Position numbers and translations under genes: made by a program
Notes under the pieces: generated by a model
Seen by the model: only the letters and a program-made list of their open reading frames with translations
The model's database searches: none
What the model was told of the DNA's origin: nothing
Assembly (NCBI RefSeq): GCF_000008665.1
Contig: NC_000917.1
Location: 750,001 to 782,000, forward strand
DNA from: Archaeoglobus fulgidus DSM 4304
GTDB taxonomy: Archaea; Halobacteriota; Archaeoglobi; Archaeoglobales; Archaeoglobaceae
Reading direction: 5' to 3'
Length of the DNA: 32,000 bases
In this document: piece by piece, positions 10,846 through 19,336 of the stretch
Layout of the letters: each line of letters begins with the position of its first letter
Numbering within the stretch: the first letter of the stretch is position 1

Positions 10846-11228
10846 GGAGACTGCTTAAAGAGCAGTTCGAAGCGGAGCTTCCGGAGGATATCAGGTTTTA
10901 CATGGGCGGGAAGAGCAGAGTTTACGCGTACAAGAGCTGCGAGTTTGACGAAATTGCCTCGCACAGGGGGATTTATTTTGGCACAATCGAGAGGGACGGG
11001 TTGAGGCTGTCCATTGAGGGGAGCTTCATTGCCGGCAAACTTGCCAAGAAAAACGTAATCGAGCTTGATGAGGAGAGCTTCGGCAGATGGATGAGGGGAG
11101 AGGATATTGAGGCGGATGTTAAAGGTTACTGCATAGTGAAACACGGGAGCTACTTCGCCGGATGCGGGAAGGGGAACGGGAGAGTGCTCAGGAACTTCGT
11201 GCCGAAGGACAGAAGGGTAATCGATTAA
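10842..11228 (+). CDS. Small PUA-like / RsmF C-terminal-type RNA-binding domain protein
   Basis: In-frame GTG at 10842 overlaps the TGA of the upstream methyltransferase (GTGA). Product VRRLLKEQFEAELPEDIRFYMGGKSRVYAY...GIYFGTIERDGLRLSIEGSF. Domain assignment is an inference. Confidence 0.7.
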   Translation: MRRLLKEQFEAELPEDIRFYMGGKSRVYAYKSCEFDEIASHRGIYFGTIERDGLRLSIEGSFIAGKLAKKNVIELDEESFGRWMRGEDIEADVKGYCIVKHGSYFAGCGKGNGRVLRNFVPKDRRVID

Positions 11229-11235
11229 GGAAACC

Positions 11236-11246
11236 TTATAAATTTA
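11236..11246 (+). promoter_or_regulatory. Putative TATA box for mdh
   Basis: aaccttataaattt about 25 nt upstream of the ATG at 11263. Confidence 0.5.
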
Positions 11247-11262
11247 GCATCAAATTTTCTTC

Positions 11263-12147
11263 ATGAAACTCGGTTTTGTTGGTGCGGGAAGGGTTGGAAG
11301 CACTTCAGCATTCACGTGTTTGCTAAACCTTGACGTTGACGAGATAGCACTTGTGGATATAGCCGAAGACCTCGCAGTTGGGGAGGCAATGGATTTGGCT
11401 CACGCAGCGGCGGGAATAGACAAGTACCCGAAAATAGTTGGTGGGGCGGACTACTCACTGCTTAAGGGTAGTGAAATCATCGTCGTCACTGCAGGCCTCG
11501 CAAGAAAGCCGGGGATGACCCGCTTAGACTTGGCGCACAAAAATGCGGGAATAATCAAGGACATTGCTAAAAAGATCGTCGAAAACGCTCCTGAGAGCAA
11601 GATTCTGGTCGTGACAAACCCGATGGACGTTATGACTTACATAATGTGGAAGGAGAGCGGAAAGCCGAGAAATGAGGTTTTCGGCATGGGCAACCAGCTC
11701 GATTCGCAGAGATTGAAGGAGAGGCTTTACAATGCCGGGGCGAGAAACATCAGGAGGGCATGGATAATTGGAGAGCACGGAGACAGCATGTTCGTTGCCA
11801 AAAGCCTTGCCGACTTCGACGGAGAGGTGGACTGGGAAGCTGTGGAGAATGACGTCAGATTTGTAGCTGCTGAAGTAATAAAGAGGAAGGGAGCTACAAT
11901 TTTCGGTCCCGCCGTAGCAATTTACCGCATGGTTAAAGCCGTTGTTGAGGATACCGGCGAAATCATCCCGACAAGCATGATTCTGCAGGGCGAATACGGA
12001 ATTGAGAACGTGGCTGTGGGAGTTCCCGCAAAGCTCGGAAAGAATGGGGCGGAGGTTGCGGACATCAAGCTTAGTGACGAGGAAATTGAGAAGCTAAGAA
12101 ACTCCGCCAAGATTTTAAGGGAGAGGCTTGAGGAACTCGGATATTAG
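11263..12147 (+). CDS. mdh: Malate dehydrogenase (lactate/malate dehydrogenase family)
   Basis: KLGFVGAGRVGSTSAF, VVTAGLARKPGMTRLDL, VVTNPMDVMTY, GMGNQLDSQR, IGEHGDSM. Confidence 0.96.
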   Translation: MKLGFVGAGRVGSTSAFTCLLNLDVDEIALVDIAEDLAVGEAMDLAHAAAGIDKYPKIVGGADYSLLKGSEIIVVTAGLARKPGMTRLDLAHKNAGIIKDIAKKIVENAPESKILVVTNPMDVMTYIMWKESGKPRNEVFGMGNQLDSQRLKERLYNAGARNIRRAWIIGEHGDSMFVAKSLADFDGEVDWEAVENDVRFVAAEVIKRKGATIFGPAVAIYRMVKAVVEDTGEIIPTSMILQGEYGIENVAVGVPAKLGKNGAEVADIKLSDEEIEKLRNSAKILRERLEELGY

Positions 12148-12168
12148 ACACAAACCTTTTATTTTTTA

Positions 12169-13044
12169 ATGCAAAAGACTTTCATGGTTACGTATTCAGA
12201 CCCGATGGCATCGCTAAGCGGGCTGTTCTGGATACTGCTCTTCCTTTATCTGATCTTTGCGCCTCAGCTGAAGCACCAGCAGCTTTTGGCGGCACGAAGG
12301 AGGGCTATGCGCAGGATAGGGATGAAGAGGGGAAGTAACGTCATAACGATGATTCATCGCCAGGAGAGCATAGGCTTTCTGGGCATTCCGATTTACCGCT
12401 TCATAGACATCGACGATTCGGAGAAGGTTCTGAGGGCGATAAGGAGCACACCTAAGGACAAGCCGATTGACCTGATCATCCACACTCCCGGAGGGCTTGT
12501 TCTTGCCGCAACGCAGATAGCCAAGGCTCTCCACGACCACCCGGCGAAAACAACCGTAATAGTCCCGCACTACGCCATGAGCGGAGGGACGCTTATCGCC
12601 CTTGCAGCGGACGAGATTCTGATCGACCCCCACGCTGTTCTCGGCCCCGTTGACCCACAGCTCATGAACTATCCCGCTCCGTCAATTCTGAAGGTGGTCG
12701 AGAAGAAGGAGCCGAAGGACATCGACGATAAAACGCTCATCATGGCGGATATAGCAGAGAAGGCGATTAACCAGGTCAGAGAGACTGTCTTCAACTTGCT
12801 CAAGGACAAAATGGATGAGGAGAAAGCGAGGGAGGTGGCGAAGATACTCACCGAGGGCAGGTGGACTCACGATTACCCGCTTACCGTTGAAGAGCTAAGG
12901 CAGCTCGGCCTTAAAGTTTCAACAGACGTTCCGGAGGAGGTTTACGAGCTGATGGAGCTCTACCCGCAGCCGATGATGCAGAGGCATCCCGGGGTGGAGT
13001 TCGTTCCAAGTCCCCCGAAGGGGGAAAAGCCCTCTTTTAAATAA
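12169..13044 (+). CDS. Membrane-anchored ClpP/SppA-like serine protease-family protein (SDH/DUF114 family)
   Basis: N-terminal TM segment then LIIHTPGGLVLAATQIAKAL, VPHYAMSGGTLIALAADEILIDPHAVLGPVDPQL. Confidence 0.88.
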   Translation: MQKTFMVTYSDPMASLSGLFWILLFLYLIFAPQLKHQQLLAARRRAMRRIGMKRGSNVITMIHRQESIGFLGIPIYRFIDIDDSEKVLRAIRSTPKDKPIDLIIHTPGGLVLAATQIAKALHDHPAKTTVIVPHYAMSGGTLIALAADEILIDPHAVLGPVDPQLMNYPAPSILKVVEKKEPKDIDDKTLIMADIAEKAINQVRETVFNLLKDKMDEEKAREVAKILTEGRWTHDYPLTVEELRQLGLKVSTDVPEEVYELMELYPQPMMQRHPGVEFVPSPPKGEKPSFK

Positions 13045-13048
13045 TCAC

Positions 13049-13059
13049 CACATCAAACC
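13049..13059 (+). repeat. Left copy of 11-bp IS-flanking direct repeat (target-site duplication)
   Basis: cacatcaaacc at 13049-13059, identical to 14273-14283. Confidence 0.85.
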
Positions 13060-13079
13060 GGTTTTGGGACAAAATTCCT

Positions 13080-13253
13080 TTAATCCCTGACAACAATCAC
13101 ATACGCTCTCCACCCAATATACCTCTTGGGCACATCAACCTTTGCTGAATTACCGAAAGGCGTGACTCTCTTCTCGAAAACAACCTCAACCTCCTCTTTC
13201 AGAACAAAATCTCCCTTCTTCACTTCAACCCTCCTCATGTTAAGTATATCCAT
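13080..13253 (-). CDS. DUF2080-like transposase-associated small protein
   Basis: C-terminal part of the 136-aa track ORF: (MDILN)MRRVEVKKGDFVLKEEVEVVFEKRVTPFGNSAKVDVPKRYIGWRAYVIVVRD. GNSAKVDVPKRYIG resembles the DUF2080 core. Start may be 13238 or 13253. Confidence 0.75.
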   Translation of the reverse strand: MDILNMRRVEVKKGDFVLKEEVEVVFEKRVTPFGNSAKVDVPKRYIGWRAYVIVVRD

Positions 13254-13260
13254 AGAAATA

Positions 13261-13271
13261 CTTAAATACTT
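13261..13271 (+). promoter_or_regulatory. Putative TATA box for IS transposase
   Basis: cttaaatactt about 25 nt upstream of the ATG at 13290. Confidence 0.45.
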
Positions 13272-13289
13272 TTTGGTTGGAATCAGAAC

Positions 13290-14258
13290 ATGAACCTTGG
13301 ATTCAGAGTGACAGGGAAGTTTGTAAGGGAACTTCTGGATGTTTTGGATGAAATTGCAGAGGAGATAAGACAGGAGGAGAAGGAAAAGTATCCGTACACA
13401 GAATGGGAGAGGAAGAGAGAAGTTGTTAAGGAAAGGCTGAGAAAACTCCCTGAATACGTTAGAGAGGCTATTTCTGTGATAACCGTGCAAAAGAGGGTGG
13501 GAAGACCAAAGAAAGTTGATCTGGAGAAGAGAGTTATGCTCTTTCTGTTTGCAAGGCTGATGGACAAATCAAACAGAGATATTGAGGAGCTTTTAGAGCT
13601 GTTTGAACCTTTATTCGGGATAAAGGTTAGCTACAAAACGATAGAAAGATTATACTCGGATGAAGAAGTTAGAATGGCTTTACACAACCTCTTCATCCTT
13701 CTGCTTAGAGAGGAAGGAGTTTCAGGAGATTTTTCAGGAGATGGGACAGGATACAGCCTAACCATCACTAAGCACTATAGAAGCAATCCTAAAAGGAAAG
13801 GTAAAGACTTCAGATACGTTTTCAGGATAATTGACATCGATACGGGAATGTACGTTGGCTTTGGCTATTCTGACAGATCTGAGAAAGATGCCTTTGAGAA
13901 GGCTTTAGGAATGCTCAAAAGCATGGGGGTGAAGGTAAACTCGATTTCTCTGGATAAGTATTACAGCAGTAGGAAGACTCTGAGGCTGTTTGATGCTGAG
14001 ACAGCTGTCTACGTCATTCCAAAGCGAAATCTTGCCAGAATAGGATTTGACTGGTTGAGGGTTATCGAGAGGATTGTTGAAGCTCCTTATAGGTTTCTGA
14101 AGAGGTACTTCAAGAGGAACTTAAGTGAGGCAGGATTTTCTGCTGATAAGAGGAGATTTGGATGGTTGATAAGGCAGAGGAGGGAGGACAGGAGAGAGAT
14201 GGCTTTGTTTGCTGTTGGGCTGTGGCACAATGTGTTTGCTGTTAGGGTGGTGAGGTAA
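13290..14258 (+). CDS. IS transposase (DDE type)
   Basis: 322 aa filling the IR-bounded element; RVGRPKKVDLEKRVMLFLFARLMDKSNRDIEELL, GDFSGDGTGYSLT, SISLDKYYSSRKT; highly basic C-terminus; stop lies just before the right IR. Confidence 0.9.
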   Translation: MNLGFRVTGKFVRELLDVLDEIAEEIRQEEKEKYPYTEWERKREVVKERLRKLPEYVREAISVITVQKRVGRPKKVDLEKRVMLFLFARLMDKSNRDIEELLELFEPLFGIKVSYKTIERLYSDEEVRMALHNLFILLLREEGVSGDFSGDGTGYSLTITKHYRSNPKRKGKDFRYVFRIIDIDTGMYVGFGYSDRSEKDAFEKALGMLKSMGVKVNSISLDKYYSSRKTLRLFDAETAVYVIPKRNLARIGFDWLRVIERIVEAPYRFLKRYFKRNLSEAGFSADKRRFGWLIRQRREDRREMALFAVGLWHNVFAVRVVR

Positions 14259-15208
14259 TTTTGTCCCAAAGTCACATCAAACCCCATATTTTTTAAAATT
14301 CTCGCTACCTCCCTCTTCCTATCGGTGAACGCCAGGACTCTGCCCTCTGCGTAGGCATCAACCACCTTCTCGGCAGCGAGAACATCATTCTGCTCGTTGA
14401 CTTCTATGAATCTTGCATTGAGCCTTTCCGCGTAGCTTTCATCCTTCGAATCCGTCAGATACAGCAGCATATCGAGTAAAGAGGTCCTGTATCCGTTTTT
14501 GAACTCCGAGCCGTCGCTTGCTTCAATACTCTCAACGCAGCCGAGCCAGTAAACGATGAGGCCGTTACCGAACATCTCGTAGTACTTTGAGTACTGCTTT
14601 TTCCAGTAAAGGTCGTGGCTCCTCGGATCGCCGAAAAGGGCCTTGCTCTCGATCCACTTCAACTCCTCTCCCATGAACTCCACCGGCTCCTCGAAGTAGA
14701 AGTCCGGAGTCTTGCTGAACCGGCCCTTCAAGTCCTTCTCGGTCAGAAACTCAATTCCGGCCTTTTCAAGCTCGTATGCCAGACCCCTCTCCCCCAGCTT
14801 TCCTCTCGCCCTCTGAAGCCTTGCGGCAATAGGGGAGTAAACGTAGTCGCTCAAAACGGCCTTTCTAATCTGCTCTGCGAGCTTCTCATCCTCAACAACA
14901 TCCTCAGGATTTCGGAGAGCTTTGTTTATCGACTTCGCTGAAAATCCCATGCCCTTCATGAGCAGCCTTATCTTCATCACAGGCGGTAGGGTGAGCCACT
15001 TCGGAAACTTCTTCTCCCTTTCCCAGTAGCTTATAATTTCCGGAATTCTCTCCGCGAAGGTGTGGTACTTCCTCTTCACACTGTCAACCTTCTTCTGCTG
15101 CAGAATGCAGTGCAGCGTTCCTCTGGGATAAGGAAGCTTCCGAATGTCGCTGAGCGTCTTCAGCTCCCTCCTGATTTTCAAAAACTCTTTGACAGCTATC
15201 CTCATCAC
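14087..15208 (-). CDS. CDIN1/C15orf41-like (TPD-motif, PD-(D/E)XK nuclease-like) protein, 3' end replaced by IS sequence
   Basis: [35 protein letters not shown] carries the TPD motif and nuclease-like core. The final 61 codons ([10 protein letters not shown]...LFRNL) derive from the IS at 14087-14272. Confidence 0.8.
14273..14283 (+). repeat. Right copy of 11-bp IS-flanking direct repeat
   Basis: cacatcaaacc, identical to 13049-13059. Confidence 0.85.
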
Positions 15209-15474
15209 AACCCCCTTAGCGAGTAAACGAAGAGAACCCTCACCCTGCTCCCCCTAAGCCCAGCATACTTCGTCGACATCTTTATCCTTAACTTCATCGA
15301 TTTTCTTAGCTTGGAAATGAACTTCCTCGCCTCGTTAACGTCCTCAAAGTAAATATCCAGTCCGTTTTTGGCCTTCTCCACTTCCGCGTTCCTTTTCAGC
15401 GCCATGTTCCTCACGATTTCAATCTTATCCGGCTGAACATCTCTCACCTGCACTATGCAGGGATGGTTCACCAC
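15205..15474 (-). CDS. Conserved small basic protein of unknown function
   Basis: 89 aa [65 protein letters not shown]...; 4-nt overlap with the CDIN1-like gene suggests co-translation. Confidence 0.7.
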
Positions 15475-15547
15475 TGTCGCTATTGGTATCTCGGCTTTAA
15501 AGTTATTTTCTAAAAAAGATTAAATTTCCCCAAATCGAAGGTAGGTT

Positions 15548-16846
15548 ATGGAAAGACCCATACTTCAGGTCGCCCTCGACCTCCTCGAGCTTAAAAGGGC
15601 GATTGAAATTGCGGGGGAGGCAATAGAGGGTGGGGCGGACTGGCTCGAGGCTGGAACGCCTTTAATCAAAAGCGAGGGGATGAACGCGATAAGGGAGCTC
15701 AAGAAACACTACAGGGGACACAAGGTCCTAGCAGACATGAAGACTATCGATACGGGAGCGATTGAGGTGGAGATGGCAGCAAAGAGCGGTGCTGACATTG
15801 TAATCATCCTCGCGTTGTCTGATGATGACACAATCGCCGAGGCGATAAGGGCCGCAAGGAAGTACGGCTGCGAGGTTATGGCTGACCTCATTAATGTCCC
15901 TGACCCTGCCAGCAGGGCGAAGGAGGTCGAGGAGCTCGGTGTTGATTACCTTAACGTTCACGTCGGTATCGACCAGCAGATGAAAGGGCTGGACCCGCTT
16001 GAGGTTTTGAAGGACGTTGTTGACAGTGTTTCCATTCCCGTCGCTGCTGCAGGAGGTCTGGATGCTGAAAGAGCCGCAGCATGCGTTTCCATGGGGGCGA
16101 GCATAGTCATAGTGGGAAGCAACATCGTGAAATCAAGGAACGTGACGGAGTCTGCCAGAAAAGTGAGGGAGGCTATTGACAGGGCGGCTGAAAAAGGTGG
16201 TGTGGAGGTAAGGAGAAAGAGCCTCGACGAGGAGATAAGGGAGCTGCTGATGCGAGTCTCTACACCCAATGTGAGCGATGCTATGCACAGAGCTAAAGCC
16301 ATGGACGGCGTTTATCCGCTTGTAAGGGGAAAGAAGATTGTAGGAAAGGCTGTTACCGTAAGCACGATGGATGGTGACTGGGCCAAGCCGGTTGAGGCTA
16401 TAAACGTTGCTGGAGAGGGAGATGTGCTGGTCATCAAGGTTTCAGGCGATACTGCGGCGGTATGGGGAGAGCTTGCCACGAGGAGCTGCATAAACAGGAA
16501 GATTGCGGGTGTAATAATCGATGGAGCTGTCAGAGATGTGGATGACATAAGGGAGCTTGGATTTCCGCTTTTCGCCAGAAAGGAGGTTCCCAACGCAGGT
16601 GAGCCAAAGGGATTCGGGGAGATTAATGTCAAGGTTATCTGCGGCGGCGTTGAGGTAAACCCCGGAGACTGGATTATAGCGGACGACAACGGTGTTATGG
16701 TGATTCCGAAGCGGAGGGCTTACGAGATCGCGAGAAGGGCAATGGAGGTCAAGAAGTCTGAGGACAGGATAAGGGGGGAGATAGAGGAGAAGGGCAGGAC
16801 GCTCGCGGACGTGGTGGAGCTATACAAGTGGGAGAAGGTTCAGTGA
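15548..16846 (+). CDS. hps: 3-hexulose-6-phosphate synthase fused to an RraA-like domain
   Basis: HPS domain (LQVALDLLELKRAIEIAGEAIEGGADWLEAGTPLIKSEG, VLADMKTIDTGAIEVEMAAKSGADI, GLDPLEVLKDV) followed by an RraA-like domain (GVIIDGAVRDVDDIRELGFPLFARKEVPNAGEPKGFGEI, GDWIIADDNGVMVIP). Confidence 0.94.
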   Translation: MERPILQVALDLLELKRAIEIAGEAIEGGADWLEAGTPLIKSEGMNAIRELKKHYRGHKVLADMKTIDTGAIEVEMAAKSGADIVIILALSDDDTIAEAIRAARKYGCEVMADLINVPDPASRAKEVEELGVDYLNVHVGIDQQMKGLDPLEVLKDVVDSVSIPVAAAGGLDAERAAACVSMGASIVIVGSNIVKSRNVTESARKVREAIDRAAEKGGVEVRRKSLDEEIRELLMRVSTPNVSDAMHRAKAMDGVYPLVRGKKIVGKAVTVSTMDGDWAKPVEAINVAGEGDVLVIKVSGDTAAVWGELATRSCINRKIAGVIIDGAVRDVDDIRELGFPLFARKEVPNAGEPKGFGEINVKVICGGVEVNPGDWIIADDNGVMVIPKRRAYEIARRAMEVKKSEDRIRGEIEEKGRTLADVVELYKWEKVQ

Positions 16847-16944
16847 TGCGGGGGGAGGGATTCGAACCCTCGAACCCCTACGGGAGTGGATTTCTCCCCA
16901 TCAGGTCTTGAGTCCACCGCCTTTGGCCACTCGGCAACCCCCGC
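16847..16944 (-). tRNA. tRNA-Leu(CAA) with 15-nt intron at 16892-16906
   Basis: Acceptor GCGGGGG/CCCCCGC; D arm GCC...GGC; T arm GAGGG-TTCGAAT-CCCTC; variable arm CCC-GTA-GGG; anticodon stem GTGGA/TCCAC forms only when ACCTGATGGGGAGAA is removed, giving loop CTCAAGA. Confidence 0.93.
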
Positions 16945-17005
16945 TCAGGCAAGCTTAGTGAACTTCAGCTTATCAACTTTATGCTTCGGAAGAAATTTAA
17001 AAAAA

Positions 17006-18454
17006 TTACCCTTTAGCAACGCCTAAGGGCCTCAGCCTCGCCACAAGCTTTGAAATGCCCGCTCTGTGGACTACATCGACAACATCGTCGCTGAGCTTGT
17101 ATGCCTCAGGCGCTTCCTCAGCCAGCAAAGCTCCGTGCGTCGCTCTGACATAAATTCCCTTTCTTTCGAGATTCTGCTTCACAACGTTGCCCCTCAGCTT
17201 TCTTTTTGCAGCAGCCCTGCTCATAACCCTCCCGCTGCCGTGGCAGGTTGAGCCGAAAGTCTCTTCCATGGCCTTCTCCGTCCCGACGAGGATGTAGCTC
17301 GGCGTTCCCATGCTGCCCGGAATGAGGACAGGCTGTCCAACATCCCTGTAGTCCTCCGGAACCTCCTTCAGTCCCGGCCCGAAAGCTCTTGTAGCTCCCT
17401 TCCTGTGGACGCAGAGCTTCATCTTCTTGCCATCAACCCTGTGCTCCTCGAACTTCGCTATGTTGTGGGCCACATCATAAACAAGCTCCATGCCCAAGTC
17501 ATCCTCGCTCATCCCCATTACCTTCTGGAAGGTCTCTCTCACCCAGTGGGCGATAATCTGCCTGTTGCACCATGCGTAGTTGGCAGATGCAGCCATGCCT
17601 GCGAAGTAATCCTGCCCCTCTTTGCTGTTTATCGGGGCGCATGCAAGCTGCCTGTCTGGCAGCTTTATTCCATACTTTTTAACAGCTCTGTCGAGAACCT
17701 CAAGGAAGTCTGTGCAGACCTGATGTCCCAGCCCCCTGCTTCCGCAGTGTATCATCACCGTAACCATTCCCTCCTCGATTCCGAACTTTGCCGCAACCTT
17801 CTCATCAAAGACCTTATCAACATACTGAACCTCAAGGAAGTGGTTTCCGCTGCCGAGAGTGCCGAGCTGTGGCCTTCCTCTGTCCCTCGCCTTCTTGCTC
17901 ACAACCTCTGGCCTCGCTCCCTCCAAAGCTCCCTCCTCCTCGCAGTGCTTCAAGTCCCTCTCGTATCCGTAGCCGTTCTCAACAGCCCATCTCGCGCCTT
18001 CAACAAAAATCTCGTCAAGCTCTCTATCACTTACCCTCAGCCTACCCTCGCTGCCCACTCCCGAAGGCACAGCAACGAATAGCTCGTCTATCAGCTTTTT
18101 GATTAGCGGTTTGACATCCTCAACATTCAAATTGCTCCTCAAAAGCCTTACACCGCAGTTTATGTCAAAGCCCACTCCTCCGGGTGAGACCACTCCCTCG
18201 TTAACATCAAACCCGGCAACCCCACCGATGGGGAAGCCGTAGCCAACGTGAACATCTGGCATGACGAGCGATGCCACCTGTATTCCGGGCATTGTCGCAA
18301 CGTTTGCAGCCTGCTCAACCGCATCCTTTTCAAGAATTTGCATCAGCTTCCTGCTTATGTAAAAGTAAGCGGGAACCCTCATTCCAGGCTTGTAACTCTT
18401 CGGTAGTTCCCACTTGTAATCCGTAATCTTCTTCAAAATGCCCTCCATGTTCAC
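17006..18454 (-). CDS. rtcB: tRNA-splicing ligase RtcB
   Basis: [109 protein letters not shown]. Confidence 0.98.
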   Translation of the reverse strand: MNMEGILKKITDYKWELPKSYKPGMRVPAYFYISRKLMQILEKDAVEQAANVATMPGIQVASLVMPDVHVGYGFPIGGVAGFDVNEGVVSPGGVGFDINCGVRLLRSNLNVEDVKPLIKKLIDELFVAVPSGVGSEGRLRVSDRELDEIFVEGARWAVENGYGYERDLKHCEEEGALEGARPEVVSKKARDRGRPQLGTLGSGNHFLEVQYVDKVFDEKVAAKFGIEEGMVTVMIHCGSRGLGHQVCTDFLEVLDRAVKKYGIKLPDRQLACAPINSKEGQDYFAGMAASANYAWCNRQIIAHWVRETFQKVMGMSEDDLGMELVYDVAHNIAKFEEHRVDGKKMKLCVHRKGATRAFGPGLKEVPEDYRDVGQPVLIPGSMGTPSYILVGTEKAMEETFGSTCHGSGRVMSRAAAKRKLRGNVVKQNLERKGIYVRATHGALLAEEAPEAYKLSDDVVDVVHRAGISKLVARLRPLGVAKG

Positions 18455-19335
18455 CCATTGGGGAAACTGTTTAAAGTTTTACTCCTCCTTCTGTAAAGCT
18501 CAACCCACCAGCACGTCGTGATAGGCATTACAGCAACCCAGCCGAGAATAACTGCAACCAGCGTCCCCGCCAAAGTCCCCCAGAATCCGAAGAATCTGAA
18601 GGGGTAAGCTGCTACCTGGAGAGCCATACCCGCAAGCCCGACAAGAAGCCACATAATTATCGTATCCACCAAGTTGTGCCTCAGAACCATAACTCCCCTC
18701 CTTATCCCCGAAAGCGTCCCCTTCAGGTCGATTACAATGGCGTACGGTACGAAGGTGAAGAGAAACTGAATCGTGATTGCGAAGATGCCCAAGAATGCGC
18801 TCCAAATCATGAAGGAAATAACGTAATATAGAGCCGCCTCCTTGGTGAGCATGTGAATGTTCCTGAAGAAATCCAGTCCAAGATTGATTAGAGGGATGAA
18901 GGCGATGCCAATCAATAGCGTAAGAATAAGCTCGAATTTGAACAGAGGAACGAAGAGGGATTTCGCGTGGTGAAACGCTGTAGAGAGTATGGCCTTGCCC
19001 TCAAGAGCGTCGTAGCAAAGCTTAATCCACCAGGCTTTAAACAGCGCAGCAAGAGCCGCTACAATAACCAGCCCGAAAACAAAGGTCACGCCCAGCAGCT
19101 CAATATTACCGAGGCACCTCTTTAAAAACTCCCCGAACATCTGCTTGAAGGCCTCATCGCCAAAATCTCCTGAAAGAATCGCTGCAGGAAGCTCTGGCAT
19201 TATGGCGTAGATTGCCGAAAGCAGAGTGGCGATTGAAACGGCAATCACTGATAGCCCGTGAAGCACAAACGGAACCGCCGTTACCGGATTTCTCCTCCAG
19301 GCCTCCCATCCTGCACGTAGTATGTCGCTCTCCAT
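18451..19335 (-). CDS. Polytopic membrane protein of unknown function
   Basis: About six hydrophobic segments; likely start [13 protein letters not shown] at 19335; overlaps the rtcB start by 4 nt. Confidence 0.82.
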   Translation of the reverse strand: MESDILRAGWEAWRRNPVTAVPFVLHGLSVIAVSIATLLSAIYAIMPELPAAILSGDFGDEAFKQMFGEFLKRCLGNIELLGVTFVFGLVIVAALAALFKAWWIKLCYDALEGKAILSTAFHHAKSLFVPLFKFELILTLLIGIAFIPLINLGLDFFRNIHMLTKEAALYYVISFMIWSAFLGIFAITIQFLFTFVPYAIVIDLKGTLSGIRRGVMVLRHNLVDTIIMWLLVGLAGMALQVAAYPFRFFGFWGTLAGTLVAVILGWVAVMPITTCWWVELYRRRSKTLNSFPNG

Positions 19336-19336
19336 T

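Larger units (their letters stand above)
13060..14272 (+). mobile_element. Insertion sequence, about 1213-1214 bp, ISA1214-like
   Basis: Terminal inverted repeats GGTTTTGGGACAAAATT (left) and ...AATTTTGTCCCAAAGT (right; 14 perfect bp TTTGGGACAAAATT), 11-bp flanking direct repeats, transposase plus divergent small DUF2080-like ORF. Element size matches the remembered name ISA1214; not database-checked. Confidence 0.93.

Noticed and set aside
13254-13490. N-terminal extension of the 136-aa minus ORF within the IS
   Set aside because: Runs antisense through the transposase N-terminus; only the last ~52-57 aa look like a genuine (DUF2080-like) protein.
17405-18082. 225-aa plus-strand ORF
   Set aside because: Shadow ORF opposite rtcB; no recognisable domain.
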